DNA from: the human T2T-CHM13v2.0 reference genome, Homo sapiens
Strand: one strand, 5' to 3'
DNA length: 64,000 nucleotides
Assembly: GCF_009914755.1 (NCBI RefSeq)
Contig: NC_060932.1
Under the pieces are notes generated by a model that made no database searches, was not told where the DNA came from, and worked only from the letters and a program-made list of their open reading frames with translations. A program made the translations under genes and the position numbers. This document shows, one piece after another, positions 11,301 through 26,300 of the stretch. The first letter of the stretch is position 1. The number at the start of each line of letters is the position of its first letter.

Positions 11301-14300
11301 GGTGGCTCCCATTATTCCCTGTGGTCTCGCCACTTTCCCCTTCTGCTTGCCTCAATGTCCCCGAGTCCCTGCCTCCCTCCCACGCTACGCTGCGGCCCCG
11401 TTTCCACTTGTGGGAGGCTTCTGCAAGAGACACAGGCACCCTGCTTTGAAGCCTGGGGCTCTCCAGCCTGCCTGGGAACCCCTGGGTGCTTCTTGGGTGG
11501 GAAAGGCTTCCTTGGGAGGCTTCCTGCATTCCCCGCGGTCTCACCGCTTCTTCCCTCTACCTGCCTCAATGGGTCCCTGAGTTTCTGCCACCAGCCCAAG
11601 CCACCCTGCTGCCCTGTTGTCTCTTTTAGGGGACTTCCGAGAGAGAAACAGGCACCTGCTCCAAAGCCTTGGGCATTACAGCCTCTCTGGGACAGCCCCA
11701 GATGCTTCAGGGACGGGAGAGACCTCCTTGGGAGAATCCCAGCATTCCCTACGGCCTAGTGGTTTCTTCGCTTCTGCCTCCCTCGACTTCCCACTGAGTC
11801 CCTGCTGCTTGCCCATGCCAACCTGAGGCTCCAATTTCCCTCGTGAGGGCCTTCTGCGAGAGATACAGGCACACTGCTTTAAAGCATGGGGACTTACAGC
11901 CCGATTGGGACAGTCTTGCGGTCTTCTGAGATGGGATAGACTTTTTTTGGGAGGCTCCTAATATTCCCTGTGGTGTTGCTGGTTCTTGCGTCTGCCTGCC
12001 TTAAAGTCCCCGAGTCCCTGCGGCCCACCCATGCCACCCTGCAGCCCCGTTTTCATTTGTAGGAGACTTTTGGGAGATGCACAGGCACCCTGCTTCAAAA
12101 CATGAAGCTTTACCGAATGCCTGGGACAGTCCTGGTGGCTTCTAGGATGGGAGAGGCCTTTTTGGCATGCTCTGAGCATTCCCTGTGGTCTCACCAGTTC
12201 TCTCGACCTCCTGCTTCAACTTCCCCGAGTCCCTGCCACCTGCCCATGCTACCCTGCGGCCCCATTTCTGCTTGTGAGAGCCTTCTGCGAGACACACAGG
12301 CACCCTGTTCCAAAGTCTGAGGCTTTACAGTCTGCCGGTAAAGCCCTGGGGGCGGCTGGGATGGAAGAGTCGTCATTGGGAGGCTCCCAGCATTCCCTGC
12401 GGTTTCGCCACTTCTCCTCTCCGCCTGCCTTAATGTTCCCCTGAGTCCCTGCGTCCCTTCCAGGCCACCGTGCGGACCCGTTTTCGTTTGTTGGGGCCTG
12501 TTGCGAGAGACACAGGCACCCTTCTCCAAAGACTGTGGCATGAAAGCCAGTCCGGGATACACCTGGGTGCTTCTGGGATCGGAGAGGCCTCCTTGAAAGG
12601 CTTCCAGCATTTCATGCGGTCTTGCTTCTCCCCTCGGCCTACCTCAATGTCTCCCTGAGTCTCTGTGGCCGGTCCGCACAACCTTGCCACCCTGTTGTCT
12701 CTTTTATGGGTATTCCACGAGAGACACAGGTACCCTTCCCCAAGTACTGGGGTATTACAGCCTGCCTAGGACAGCTGTTGTGGCTTCTGGGTTGGGAGAG
12801 GCCTCCTTAGGAGGCTCCCAGCATTCCCTGCTGTCTTGTCACTTCCCCCTTCTGCCTGCCTCAACATCACCGTGAGTTTCTACTGCCGCACATGCCACGC
12901 CGCCACCCCATTTTCGCTTGCGGGGGCCTTCCGTGAGAGACGCTGGCACCCTGCTCTGAAGCCTGGGGTTTTATAGCCAGCCTAGGACAGCCCTGGGGGC
13001 TTCTAGAATGGAAGCGGCCTCCTTGGGATATTCCCTGCATTCTCTGCGGTCTCACTGCTTCTCCCCTCTGCCTGCATCAATGTCTCCCTGAGTCCCTGTG
13101 GCCTGTCCTCACCACCCTGCTGCCCCATTGTCTTTCGGTGGTCTTCCGTGAATGACTCGGGGACTCTGCTCCAAAGCCTGTGATATTACAGAACATCCGA
13201 GACAGCCCTGGAGACTTCTGTGATGAGAGAGGCCTCCTTGGGAGGCTCTCAGCAATCCCTGCCATGTCACCGCTTCTTCCTTCTGCCTGTTTCAATTCCC
13301 TGAGTCCCTGCAGCCCACCCACAACAACCTGCAGCTCGCCTATGCCACCCTGCTTCCCTGTATTCACTTGTGGGTGATTTTTGTGAGACACAGGCACCCT
13401 GACCCAAAGCCTGGGGCTTTACAGCCCGCCCAGGACAGTCCTGGAAGCTTGCGGGATAGGAGAGACCTTCTTGGGAGGCTTTCAGCATTCCCAGCGGTCT
13501 TGCCGCTTTCCTCCTTGCCTGTCTCAATGTCACCCTGAGTCACTGCCACCCACCCATGCTACCCTGCGGCCACGTTTCCTTTGTGGGGGCCTTGCAGGAG
13601 AGACACACTCACCCTGCTCTGAAGCCTGGAGCTTTCTAGCCTGCCCAGGACACCCCTGGGGGATTCAGGGATGGAGAGGTCTCCTTGGGAGGCTCCCAGC
13701 ATTCCCTGCAGTCTCGCCACTTCCTCCCTCTGTCTGCGTCAATGTCTCCCTGAGTCTCTGCGGCTTGTCCATGCCACCCTGCCACCCCCTTGTCTCTTTT
13801 GGGGGTCTTCCGTGAGAGACACAGGCACCCTGCTCCAAAGACTGGGGCATTACAGCTCAGCCGGGACAGCCTTGGGACCTTCTGGGATTAGAGAGTTCTC
13901 CTGGGAGGCTCCCAGAATTCCCTGCAGTCTCGCTGCTTCTTCCCTCTGCCTGCCTCAATGTCCCACTGAGTCCCTGAGGCCCTCACACGCCACCCTGTAG
14001 CCCCGTTTTTGCATGTGGGGGTTTTCTGCAAGAGACACAGGCTCCCTACTCCAAAGCCTGGGGCTTTATAACCCGCACGGGACAGCCCAGGGGCTTCTGG
14101 GATGGGAGAGGCCTCCTTGGGAGGCTCCCAGCATTCCCTGCGGTATCGCCACGTCTCCCTTTTGCCTGTCACAATGGCCTCCTGAGTCCCTGCGGCTTGT
14201 CCAGGCCACACTGCAGCCCCCTTTTCACTTGTGGGAGCCTTCCGCAAGAGACACAGACAGCCTGCTCCAAATCTTGGGGCTTTACAGCCCGCCCGGGACA

Positions 14301-17300
14301 GCCCAGGGGACTTCTAGGATGGGAGAGGTGTCCAGGGGAGGCTCCCAACATTCTCTGTGGTCTCACCGCATCTTCTCTCTGCATGCCTCAACGTCCCCGT
14401 GAATCCCTACGGCCCACTTTCGCCAATTTGAGGCCCCATTTTTCCTTATGGATGCCTTCCGCGAGAGATACAGGCACCCTGCTCCAGAGCCTGGTGCTTT
14501 ACAGCCCGTCTGAGACAGCCAGGGGGCTTCTGGGATGCGAAGGGAGGGTCCCAGCATTCCGTGCGGTGTCGCCGCCTCTCCAGTCTGTCTTCCTCAACGT
14601 CCCCCTGGGTCACAGTGGCTTGCCCACTTTACCCTACGGCCTCATTTTCGCTTGTGGTGGCTTTTCTGGAGAGACACAGGCATCCTGCTCCAAAGCCTGG
14701 GGCTTTACAGCACTCCCGGGACAGCCGTGAGAGCTTCTGAGATGGGAGAGACTTCCTTGGGATGCTCCCAGCATTCCCTGCAGTCTCGACACTTCTCCCC
14801 TCTACATGGCTCAATGTCCCCCTGAGTCCTTGAGGCCCTCCCACACCACCCTACGACCCTGTTTTCACTAGTGGGGGCCTTCCTCTAGAGACACAGGCAC
14901 ACTGCTTCAAAACCTGAAGGTTTACACACGGCTGGGACTGTCCCCGTGGCTTCTGGGATGGAAGAGGCCTCCTTGAGAGGCTCCCAGCATTACCTGTGTC
15001 TCGCTGCTTCTCTTCTCTGCCTGCCTCAAGGTCACCCCGAGTCCCTGCCACATGCCCACACCACTCTGTGGCCCCGTTTTCACTTGTGGGGCCTTCTGCG
15101 AGAGACACAGGCACACTGCTACAAAGCCTGGGGCTTTTCAGCCAGCCTCGGAGAGACTTGGGTTCTGGGATGGGGTAGGCCTCCTTGGGAGGCTCCCAGT
15201 ATTCCCTGCAGTCTCGCCCCTTCTCCCCTCTGCCTGCCCCCACATTCCCCTGAGTCTCTGCAGCTCGCCCAGGCCACACTGCAGCCCTGTTTTCGCTTTT
15301 GTGGCCTTTCACGAGAGACACAGGCTCCCTGCTACAAAGGCTGGAGCACTACAGCTTGTCTGGGGCAGACCTGGGTGCACTTGGGATTGGAGAGGCCAAA
15401 TTTGGAGGGTCCCAGCGTTCCCTGCAGTCTCCATGCTTTTCCTGTCTGTCTGCCTCAATGTTCCCCTGAGTTCCCGTGGCCCGACCATGTCAACCTGCCA
15501 ACCCATTGTCTCTTCTGGGGGTCTTCTGCAAGAGACACAGGCAACCTGCTCCAAAGCTTGTGGCATCACAGCTTGGCTGGGACAGCCCTGAGGACTTCTG
15601 GGATAAAAGAGGCGTCCTTGAGAGGCTCCCAGCAATCCCTGCAGTCTCTCTGCTTCTCACCTTTGCCTGCCTCAAAATCCCCCTTAGTCCCTGCGGCCTG
15701 CCTACACCATTGTGCACCCTGACTACTCCATTCTGCTGCTCTGTTTTCACTTGTTTGGGCCTTTTGTGAGAAACGCAAGCACCCTGCTCCAAAGCGCGAG
15801 GCTTTACAGCCCACCCGGGAAGGTCCTGGGGACTTCTGGAATGGGAGAGGCCTCCTTGGGAGCCTCCTAGCATTCCCTGCGGTCTTGCCGCTTCCCCCCT
15901 CTGCCAACCTCAACGTCACCCTGAGTCCCTGCCGCCTGCCCACGCCACTCTGCGGCCCAGTTTTCGCTTGTGGAGGCCTTCTGGTAAAGACACATGCACC
16001 CTGCTCTGTAGCCTAAAGCTTTATAGCCTCCCTGGAAACACGTGGGGGTTTCTGGGATGAGCAAGGCCTCCTTGCAAGGCTCACAGCATTCCCTGCCATC
16101 TCATCGCATCTTCCCTTTGCCTTCCCCAACTTCCCCTGAATCCCTGCATCCATCCCATGTCACCTTGTGGCCCCGTTTGTTCATATGAAGGTCTTCAGTG
16201 AGAGACACAGGCACCCTGCTCCAAAGACTGGTGCTTTAAAGCAGCCCCCGGGAGAGCTTTGCAGGCTTCTGGGATTGGAGAGGCGTCCTTCGGAGGATCG
16301 CAGCATTCCCTGCAGTCTTGCTGCTTCTCCCCTCTGTTGGTCTCAATGTCTCGCTGAGTCCGTGCGGGCTGCCAACGCCACCCTGCTGCCCCATTTTCAC
16401 CTGTGGGAGCATTCCTCTACAGATACAGGCACCTTGTTTCAAAACCTGAAGCTTTACACCACGCCTGAAACAGTCCTGGGGGCTTCTGGGATGGGAAATG
16501 CTTCCTTGGGAGGCTACCAGCATTTCCTGCAATCTCGCCGCTTCTCCCCTCTGCCTGCCTCAACAACCACCTGAGTCCCTGTGGCCCGCCCACGCCACCT
16601 GTCGGCCCTGTTTTTGCTTCTGGGGGCCTTTCGAGAGAGCTACTGGCACCCTGCCCCAAAGTGTGGGGCTTTACAGCCCACCCGGGACAATCCTGGGGGT
16701 TTGTGGGATGAGAGAGGCATCCTTGGGCGTCTCCTAGCATTCCATGTGGTCTCAGCGCTTTCCCTTCTGCCTCCCTCAACCTTACCCTGAGTCCCTGCCA
16801 CCCTCCCACGCCAACCTGCAGACCCGTTTTTGCTAGTAGGGGCCTTTAGCTAGAGACAGTCACCCTGCTTCAAAACCTGAAGCATTATAGCATGCCCAAA
16901 ACAGTCCTGCAGGCTTCTGGCTCCTTGGCATGCTCCCAGAATTCCCTGCGGTATCGCCACTTCTCCCTTCTGCCTGCCTCAACGTTCCCCTGAGTCCCTG
17001 TGGCTAGCCCAGGCCACCCTGAGGCCCTGTTTTCCCTTGTGGAAGCCTTCCACAAGAGACCCAGGCACCCTGCTCCAAAGCCTGGGACACAATAGCCCAT
17101 ACGGGACAGACCTGGGGGCTTCTGGGATGTAAGAGGCCTAATTGGGAGGCTCCAAGCATTCCCTGCAGTCTTGCAGCTTCTACCTTCTGCCTTCCTCAAT
17201 GTCTGAGTCCCTGCTGCATGCCCATGGCAACCAGCAACCCCGTTGTCTCCTTTGGGGGTATTCCATGACATATACAGGCACTCTTCTTCCAAGCCTGGGG

Positions 17301-20300
17301 CATTACAGCCCATCCGGGATAGATCTGGGCTCTTCTGAAATGTGGGAGGCCTCCTTGGGAGGCTCCCAGCATTCCCTGTGTTCTTGCCACTTCTACCCTC
17401 TGCCTTTCTCAACATCCTCCTCAGTTTCTGCCGCCCTCCCACGCCACACTGTGGCCTCCCTTGAGAGAAACAGGCTCCCTGCTCCAAGGTTTGGGGCTTT
17501 ATAGCCCATCAGCGACAGACTTGGGGGCTTCTAAAATGTGAGAGGCCTCCTTGGGAGGCTTCAAGCATTTCCTGAGGTTTCACAGCTTCTCTTGTCTGCC
17601 TGCCTTAACATCCCCCTGAGCCCCTGCGGCCTGCCCATGCCACCCTGCAGCACTGTTTTCGCTTGTTTGGGCCTTTTGCGAGAGATACAGGCACCCTGCT
17701 TCAAATCCTGGGGTTTACAGCCCGTCCGGGACATTTCTGGGGGCTTCTAAAACAGGAGCCACATCCGTGGCAGACTCCCAGCATTCCCTGCAGTCTCGTC
17801 GCTCTCCACTCTGCCTGCGTCAAAGTCCCGCTGAGTACTTGAGGTCTGCCCACACCACCCTGTGGTCCCATTGCTTCTTTTGAGGGGTCCTCCCCGAGAG
17901 ACACAGGCACCTTGCTCCCAAGCCTGGGGCTTTACAGCCCATACAAGACAGCCCTGGGGACTTCTGGGAAGAGGCATTTTTAGGAGGCTCCCAGCATTCC
18001 CTGCGGTTTAACCGCTTCTCCCTTCTGCCCACCTCAACGTCCCCCTGAGTCCTTGCGGCCCTTCCACTCCACCCTGTGGCCCCGGTTTGGTATGCGTGGG
18101 ACTTCCACGAGAGACACAGGCTGCCTGCTCCAAAGCCTGGGGCTTACAACGCGCACGGGACGGCCCTGGGGACTTCGGGGAAGGGAGATGCCTCCTTAGG
18201 AGGCGGCCAGCATTCCCTGAGGTCTCCTCGCTTCTCCTCTCTGCCTGTCTCAACGTCCCCCAATACCCTGCGGCCCACCCACTCCACTCTGCGGCCCCGG
18301 TTTTGCTTGTGAAAGCAATCCGTGAGAGACACAGGCACCCTGCTTCAAAGCCTCGTGCTTTACAGCCTGCCTGGGAAAGTGCAGGTGGCTTCTGGGATAG
18401 GAGATGCCTCGAGGGGAGGCCCCCAGCATTCCCTTCAATCTCACAGCTTATTTTATCTGCCTGTCTCAACTTCCCAGTGAGTCTCTACAGCCTATCCTAG
18501 CCACTTTGTGGACCCGTTTTTGCTTGTGGAGGGCTTCCGTGAAAGACACAGCACCCTGCTCCAAAGCCTGGTGCTTTACAGCCCACCTGAGACAGCCCTG
18601 GGGGCTTCTGGAATGGAAGAGACCTTCTTGGGAGGCTCCCAGTTTTACCTGCAGTCTCGCCACTTCTCCCCTCTGCCTGCCTCGATGGTCCCCTGAGTCC
18701 CTGTGTCCCGCCCAAGCCATTCTGCTGCCCCATTTTCTCTTTTTGGGGTCTTCTATGAGAGACACAGGCACCCTGCTCCAAAGACTGCAGCATTACAGCC
18801 TGACTGGGACACCCTGGGGGCTTCTGGGATGAGAGAGGCCTCCTAGAAAGGCTCCAAGCGTTCCCTGCGTTTTGGATGCTTCTCATGACTGACTGCGTCT
18901 ACACCCCTCTGAGTCCCTGTGGCCGGCCCACGCCATCCTGCGGTCCTGTTATAGCTTGTTTGGGCCTTTTGCGAGAAACACACGCACCCTGCTCCAATGC
19001 CTGGGGATTTGCAGCAGGTCTGGGACAGCCCTGGAGACTTCTGGGATGGGTGAGGCATCCTTTCGAGGCTCCCAGCATTCCCTGCGGTCTCGCCACTTCT
19101 CCCCTCTGCCTGTCTCAACGTCCTTCTCAGTTTCTGCAGCCCGCCCACGCCACTCTGCCGCCCTGTTGTTTTTTGGGGGTCTTCCGCTAGAGACACAGGC
19201 ACTGTCCTCCAATGACTGGGACATTACAGCCCGCCTGAGACAGCCCTGGGTTCTTCTGCAATGGGAGAGGCATCCTGAAGAGAGTCACAGCATTCCCTGC
19301 GGTCTTGACGCTACTCCCCTCTGCCTGCTTCAACGTCTCCCTAAATCCCTGCGATCCTCCCACACCACCCTGCAGCCCCATTTTTGCATTTGGGGGCCTT
19401 CCGTGAGAAACACAGGCACCCTGTTCCAAAGCCTGGGGCTTTACAACCTGTATGGGGACAGCATTGGGGTATTCTGAGATGGGAGAGGCCTCCTTGGGAG
19501 GCTCCCAGCATTCCCTGCGGTCTCCCCGCTTCTCCCCAATGTCTGTCTCAAAGACCCCTGAGTTCCTGCGGCCTGACCATGCCATTCTGTGGCCACAGTT
19601 TCCCTTGTGGGGGCCTTCCATGGGAAACATAGGCAGTTTGCTCCAAAGTTTGGGGCTTTACAGTCTGCCCGGGACAGCCTAGGTGGCTTTTTGGATGGGA
19701 GAGGCCACTAAGGGAGGCTGCCAGCATTCCCTGCGGTCTCGACACTTCTTTTTCCTCCCTGCCTCAATGACCCCGTGAGCCCCTACGGCCTGCCCTCACC
19801 ACCCTGCGGCCCCGTTTTTGCTTGTGAAGGCCTTCCGCGGGAGATACGGGCAACCTGCTCCAGAGCCTGGGGCTTCACAACCTGATCGGGAATACCCTAG
19901 GGGCATCTGGGATGAAAGACGCCTCCTTGGGATGCTTCCAGCATTTCCTGTGGTCTCACCACTTCACCCTTATGCCTGCCTCAACATTCCCCTGAGTCCC
20001 AGTGGCTCATCCAGAAAACTCTGAGGCCCCGTTTTTGCTTGTGGGGCCTTCCATGAGATACACAGGAACCCTGCTCCAAATCCTGGGGCACTACAGCTCG
20101 TCAGGGACAGACCAGGGGGCTTTTGGAATGGGGAAGTCCTCCTTGGGAGGCTCCCAGCTTTCCATGCGGTCTTGCCGCGTCTCCCCGCTGCCTGCTTCAA
20201 CATCTCCCTGAGACCCTGCAGCTGCCCATGCCACCTCACAGCCCTGTTGTCTCTTTTAGGGATCTTCCGCAAGAAACATAGGCACCCTGCTCCAAAGTCT

Positions 20301-23300
20301 TTGGCATTACTGCCCATCTGGGGCAGCCCTGGGGGCTTCTGGGGTGGGAGAGGCCTCCTTGAGAGGCTCTCAGAATTCCCTGCAGTATTGTGGCTTCTTC
20401 CTTTGGCCTGCCTCAACGTCTACCTGAGTCCCTGCGAACCTCCCACACCACACTGTGGCCCCATTTTTGCATGTGGGGGCCTTCTGCGAGAGATGCAGGC
20501 TCCCTGCTCCAAAGCCTGGTGCTTTCCAACCCGCATGGGGCAGGCCTGGATGCTTCTGGGATTGAAGGGGCCTGTTTGGGAGGCTCGTACCATTCCCTGC
20601 AGTCTGGCCACTTCTCCATTCTGCCTGCCTCAAAGCCCCTCTGAGTCCCTGTGTCTTGCCCAGGCCACCATGTTGCCCCGTTGTCTCTTTTGGAGGTCTT
20701 CCACAAGTCATAGAAACCGTGCTACATAGACTGGGGTATTACAGCTTGACAGAAACAGCCCTGGGGGCTTCTGTGATGGCAGAGGCTCCCAACATTCCCT
20801 GCAGCTTCTCCTCTCTGCCTGTGTCAACATCCCCCTGAGTCTCTGCACCCTGCCCATGCCACCTACGGCCCCGTTTTTGCTTTTGGGGGAATTCCGTGAG
20901 AGACAAACCCACCCTTCTCCGAATCCTGGGGCTTTATAGCCCTCCTGGGACAGCCTTGGGGCTTCTGGGATAAAAGAAGTCTTCCTGGGAGGCTCCCATC
21001 TTTCCCTGCGGTCTTGCCCACTTCTCCCTTAGGCCTGCCTCAATGTCCCCATGAGTCCCTGTGGCCTGTCCACGCCACCCTGAGACTTCGTTTTTCTTGT
21101 GGGGGCCTCCCGTGAGAGACACAGGCACCTGCTCTAAGGCCTTGGGCTTTACAGCCTGCCCTGGACAGCCTTGGGGGCTTCTCGGATGGGACGAGCATTG
21201 GTGAAAGGGGCGGTCTTGCCGCTTTTCCCCTCTCTCTGCCTCAAAGTGCCCCTGAGTCCCTGTGGCCCCCCACACCATGTTGCAGCCCCATTTTCACTTG
21301 TGGAGGCCTTCCAGGAGTGAAACAGACACAAGCCTCCAGAGCCTGTTTTTTTACATCCCGCCTGAGAGAGCCCTGGGTGCTTCTGGGATGGGATAGACCT
21401 CCTTTGGAGGCTCTCAGCATTTCTTGCCATCTCACCACTTTCCCCTCTGCCTGCCTCAACCTTCTCCTGAGTCCCTGTGACCCGCCGACTCCATCATGCA
21501 GCCCCGTTTTTCCTTGTGGGGGCCTTTGGCAAGAGACACAGGCACCCTGGGGATTTACTGCCTGACTGGTTCAGCTTTGGGGGCTTATGGGATGGGAGAA
21601 TCCTCCTTGCCAGGCTTTCAGCATTCTCTGCGGTCTCGCCGCTTCTTTCCTCTGTCTGACTCAATGTCCCACTGAGTCCTTGTCACCCGTTCACGCCACC
21701 CTGCAGCCACATTTTTCTTATTGGGGCCTTCTGCGAGACACCCTGCTCCAAGGCCTGGTGCTTCACAGCCGGCCTGGGAGAGCTCTGGATACTTCTAAGA
21801 TGAGAGAGGCCTCCTAGGGCCGTGTCCAGCATTCCCTGCTGTCTCCCCTCTGCCTGACTCAACAGCCCCCTGATTTCCTCAGGTCCGATTGATTGATTTC
21901 CTCAGGTCCGATTGATTTCCAAACCACCCTGTGGCTTTGTTTTCACTTGTGGGGGTATCCTGCGAGAGACAAACACTCCCTGCCTTAAAGCCTGGGTCTT
22001 TACAGCCCGCCTGAGTCAGCCATGGGGGCTCCTGGGATGGAAAAGTCCTCCTTGGGACCGCATTCCTTGCAGTCCCGCCGCTTTTCCTCTCTGTCGACCT
22101 CACGTCCCCCTGGGTCGCTGGGTCCCACGCTTTCCACCCTGCAACCTTGTTTTCTCTTGTTGAGGCCTTCTGTGAGAGACACAGGCACCCTGCTTCAAAG
22201 CCTTGGGCCTTACAGCCCACCCAGGACAGCCCTGGGGTATTCTGGGATGGAAGAGGCCTCCATGGAGGGCTTCCAGCACTCTCTGTGGTCTCGCCGCTTC
22301 TCCCCTTTGCCTGCCTCAAACATCTCTGTTTCTCGGTCGCCCACGGATGCCACCCTGCGGCCCTGTTTTTGCTTTTGGGGGTCTTTTGCAACAGAGACAG
22401 GGACCCTGCCACCAAGACCTGGGGCTTTACAGTCTGCCCAGGACAGCCCTGGGAGCTTCTGGGATGGGAGAGGTCCTCTTGGGAGTCTCCCAACATTCCC
22501 TGTGGTTTCCGTACTTCTCCTCTCTGCCACCCTGAAGGTCCCCCAGAGTACCTTAGGCCTGCCCACACCACCCTGAGGCCCCGTCTTCGCTTGTGGAGGC
22601 CTTCCACGAGAGACAAATGCACCCAGCTTTAAAGCCTGGGGCTTTACAGTTTGCCAGGGACAGCCCTCGGGGCTTCTGGGATGGGAGAGGTCTTGGAAGG
22701 CTCCTAGCATTCCCTTCATTCTCGCCACTTCTCCCTTCTGCCTGTCTCAACAGACCCCTGGGTCCCTGCGGCCCGCCCACGCCACCCTGCAGCCCCGTTT
22801 TCATTGTGGGGCCTTCCATGAGATATACAATCACACTGCTCCAAACCCTAGGGCTTCACAGCCTTCCTGGGCCAGCCCAGGGGGCTTCTGGGGTGGCTGA
22901 GGCATCCTTGGGAGGCTCCCAGCATTCCCTGTTGTCTTGCAGCTTCTGTTCTCTGCTTGTCTCAACATCCCCCTAAGTCCCTGTGGCCCACCCACGCCAT
23001 TCTACGACCCCAATTTGGCTTGTGGAGGCCTTCTGCGAGAGACACACACAGGCTGCTCCAAAGCCTGGGGCTTTCCAGCCTGACCGAAACAGGCCTGGGC
23101 GCTTTAGGATGGCAGAGACATCCTTGGGAGGCTCCCAGCATTCCTTGCTGTGTCACCGATTCTCCTTTCCGCCTGTCTCAGCGTCCCCCTGCGTCCCTCC
23201 CACTCCACCCTGCGGCCCCATTTTCACTTGTGGGGCCCTTCCAAGAGAGACACAGGCATCTTGCTCCAAAGCCTGGGGCTTTACAGCTTGCCCAGGACAG

Positions 23301-26300
23301 CCCTGGGAGTTTCTGGGATTGTAGAAGCCTCCTTGGAAATCTCCCTGCATTCCCTGAAGTTTTGCCATTTCTCCCCTCTGCCTTTCTCAATGTCCCCCTG
23401 AATATCTTCCATCAGCCCACACCACCAAGCGGCCCCGTTTTTGCTTTGGGGGCGTTCCACTAGAGAAAAAGTTACCCTGTTTCAAGGCATCCTGGGGCAT
23501 TACAGCCCTCCTGGGAAAGACCTGGGGGCTTCTGGGATAGGAGGGGCCTTCTTGGGAGACTCAAGCATTCCCTGCGTTCTTGCCGCTTCTCCACTCTGCG
23601 CTCCTCAACGTCCCCCTGAGATTCTGCGGCCCTCCCAAGCAACCCTGCCATCCCGTTTTTGCTTGTGGGGGCCTTCTGTGAAAGACTTACGCAACCTGCT
23701 CCAAAGCCTGGGGTTTCACAGTCAGCCCAGGACAGCTCTGGGGTCTTCTGGGATGGGAGAGGCCTTTTAGGGAGGCTCCCAGCATTCACGGCGATCTTGC
23801 TGTTTTTTTCTTTTTTCTGCCTCAACGTCTGCCTGAGTCCCTTTAGCCCACCCACGCAAACCTGTGGCCCCGTTTGTGCTTGTGGGAGGATTCCTCGAGA
23901 GACACAGGCACCCTGCTCCAAAGCCTGAGGCTTTACAGCCCGCCCAGGATACCACCATGGTGGCTTCTGGGAAGGGAGCGACCTCTCGGGTTGGCTATCA
24001 GCTTTACCTGCGGTGTCGCCGCTTCTCCCATCGGCTTGCCTCAACGTCCCACTCTGTCGTTGCCACCCGCCCAAGCCACCCTGTGATTCTGTTTTCCCTT
24101 CTGGGGGCCTTTTGCGGGAGACTCAGTCACCCCGCTCCAAAGCCTGGGGATTTACAGCCTGCTTGGGACAGCCCAGTGGGCTTCTGGGATGGGAGAGGAG
24201 TTCTTGGGAGGCTCCCAGCATTCCCTGAGGTATCACCGCTTCTTCACTCTGACTCAACATGCCCTTTCAGGTCTCCCTGAAAGGCTCTCAGAATTTCCTG
24301 CAGCATCGCTGCATCTCCCATCTGCCTGACTGAACGTCCCCCTGAGTCACTGCCGCCCGCCCACGCCACCTTGCAGACCTATTTTTGTTTGCCAGGGCAT
24401 TTTGTGAGAGACACAGGCACACTGGTCCAAATCCTGGTGATTTACAACCCGCCCATGACAGCCCTAGGGGCTTCTTGAGTGGGAGAGTCCTTTTTGGGAG
24501 GCTGCTAGCATTCCTTATTGTCTCGCTGCTTCTCTTCTCTGCCTACCTCAACATTCCCGAGTTTCTGCGGCGGGCCCACGCATCCCTGAGGCCCCGTTTT
24601 CGCTTATGCAGGCATTCTGTGAGAGACACAGGCACCCTGCTTTGAAGCCTGGAGCTTTCCAATTCTCCCAGAAGTGCCCTGGTGTCTTCTGGGATGGTAG
24701 AGGTCTCCTTGGGAGGCTCCCAGCATTTCCTGTGGTCTTGTCCCTTCTCCCCTCTGCTTGTCTCAACATCACCCTGAGTCTTTGCTGCTGGCCCATGTCA
24801 CACTTCAGGCCCATTTCCCTTGTGGGGGACAATCGCAAGAAACACCTGCACCTGCTCCAAAGCCTGGTGCTTTACAGCCCACCTGTGACAGCCCTATCTC
24901 CCTGGGATAGGAGAGGCATCTTTTGGAGGCTCCCAGCATTCCTTCCTGTCTCACCGCTTCACCCCTCTGCCTGCCTCAACGTCCCCCTGAGTCCCTGAAG
25001 CCTGCCCACTCCACCCTGTGGCTCAATTTTTGTTTGTGGGGGTCTTCCGCGAGAGACACAGGCACCCTGCTCCAAAGCCTGAGGATTTATTCCTTGCCTG
25101 GGACAGCCCTGGGAGCTTCTGGGATGGGAGGGGCCTCCCTGGGAGTCTACCAACATTCCCTGCGGTCTTGCTGCTTCTCCTGTTTGTGTGCCTCAATGTT
25201 TTCCTGAGTTCTTGCGGCTCGCCCACTCCACACTGTGGCTCCGTTTTTGCTTGCGGAGACATTCAGCGAGAAACACAAGCACAGTGTTCCAAAACTGGGG
25301 CTTTACAGCCCACTCCTGAGAGCCATGGGGCTTCAGGGATGAGAGAGGTCTTTTTGTGATTCTCCCAGCATTCCCTGCGCTCTTGCCACTTCTCCCCTCT
25401 GCCTGCCTCAATGTCTCCCTGAGTCCCTGTGGCCTGCCCATGCCACCCAGCACACCCGTTTTCAGTTCTGTGAGCCTTCCACGAGAGACAAAGGCACACT
25501 TTACCTAATCCTGGGGATTTACTGCTGGCTCGGTGCAACCGTGTGGGATTCTTGAATGTGATAGGTTTCCTTGGGAAGTCTCTAGTATTCCACGCAGCAT
25601 TGCTGCTTCTCCCGTCTGCTTGCCTCAACTTCCCTTTGAGTCTTTGCAGCCCTCCAACGCTACCTTAAGCCCTGTTTTTCTTGTGGGGGCCTTCCACGAG
25701 AGACTTAGGCACCCTACTCCAAAGCCTGGGGTTTTCCAGACAATCCGGGGGGCACCCCAGGTAATTCTGGGAAGGGAGATGCCTTCCTGGTGGGATCCAT
25801 CACCCACTTCAGCCTTGCAGCTTGTCCTATCTGCAAAAGACACATGGACCATGCTCCAAAGCTTTGGCCGTCACAGCCTGACTGGGACAACCCTGGAGGC
25901 TTCTGAAATGCGAGACTCCTTGGGAGGCTCCCAGCATTTTCTACGGTCTCGCTGCTTCTCTGCTCTTCCTGCCTCAATGTCCCTGTGAATCCCGGCAGCC
26001 CGGCCACCTAACACTGCAGCCCCGTTGTCACTTGTGGGGTCCTTCTGCTAGAGACAGAATCCCTGCTCCAAAGCCTGGGGCTTTACAACAGACCCAAGAC
26101 AGACCTGGGGCTTCTGGGAATGGAAAAGCCTTGGGAGGCTCCCGGCATTCCCTGCTGTCATGCTGCTTCTCCCCTCATCCTGCCTCAACGTCTTCCTAGT
26201 CCCTCTGGCCCAATCATGCCACCATGAGGCCCCATTTTCACTTGTGGGGGCTTTCCATGAGGGACACAGGCACCCTGCTCCAAAACCTGGGACTTTACTG

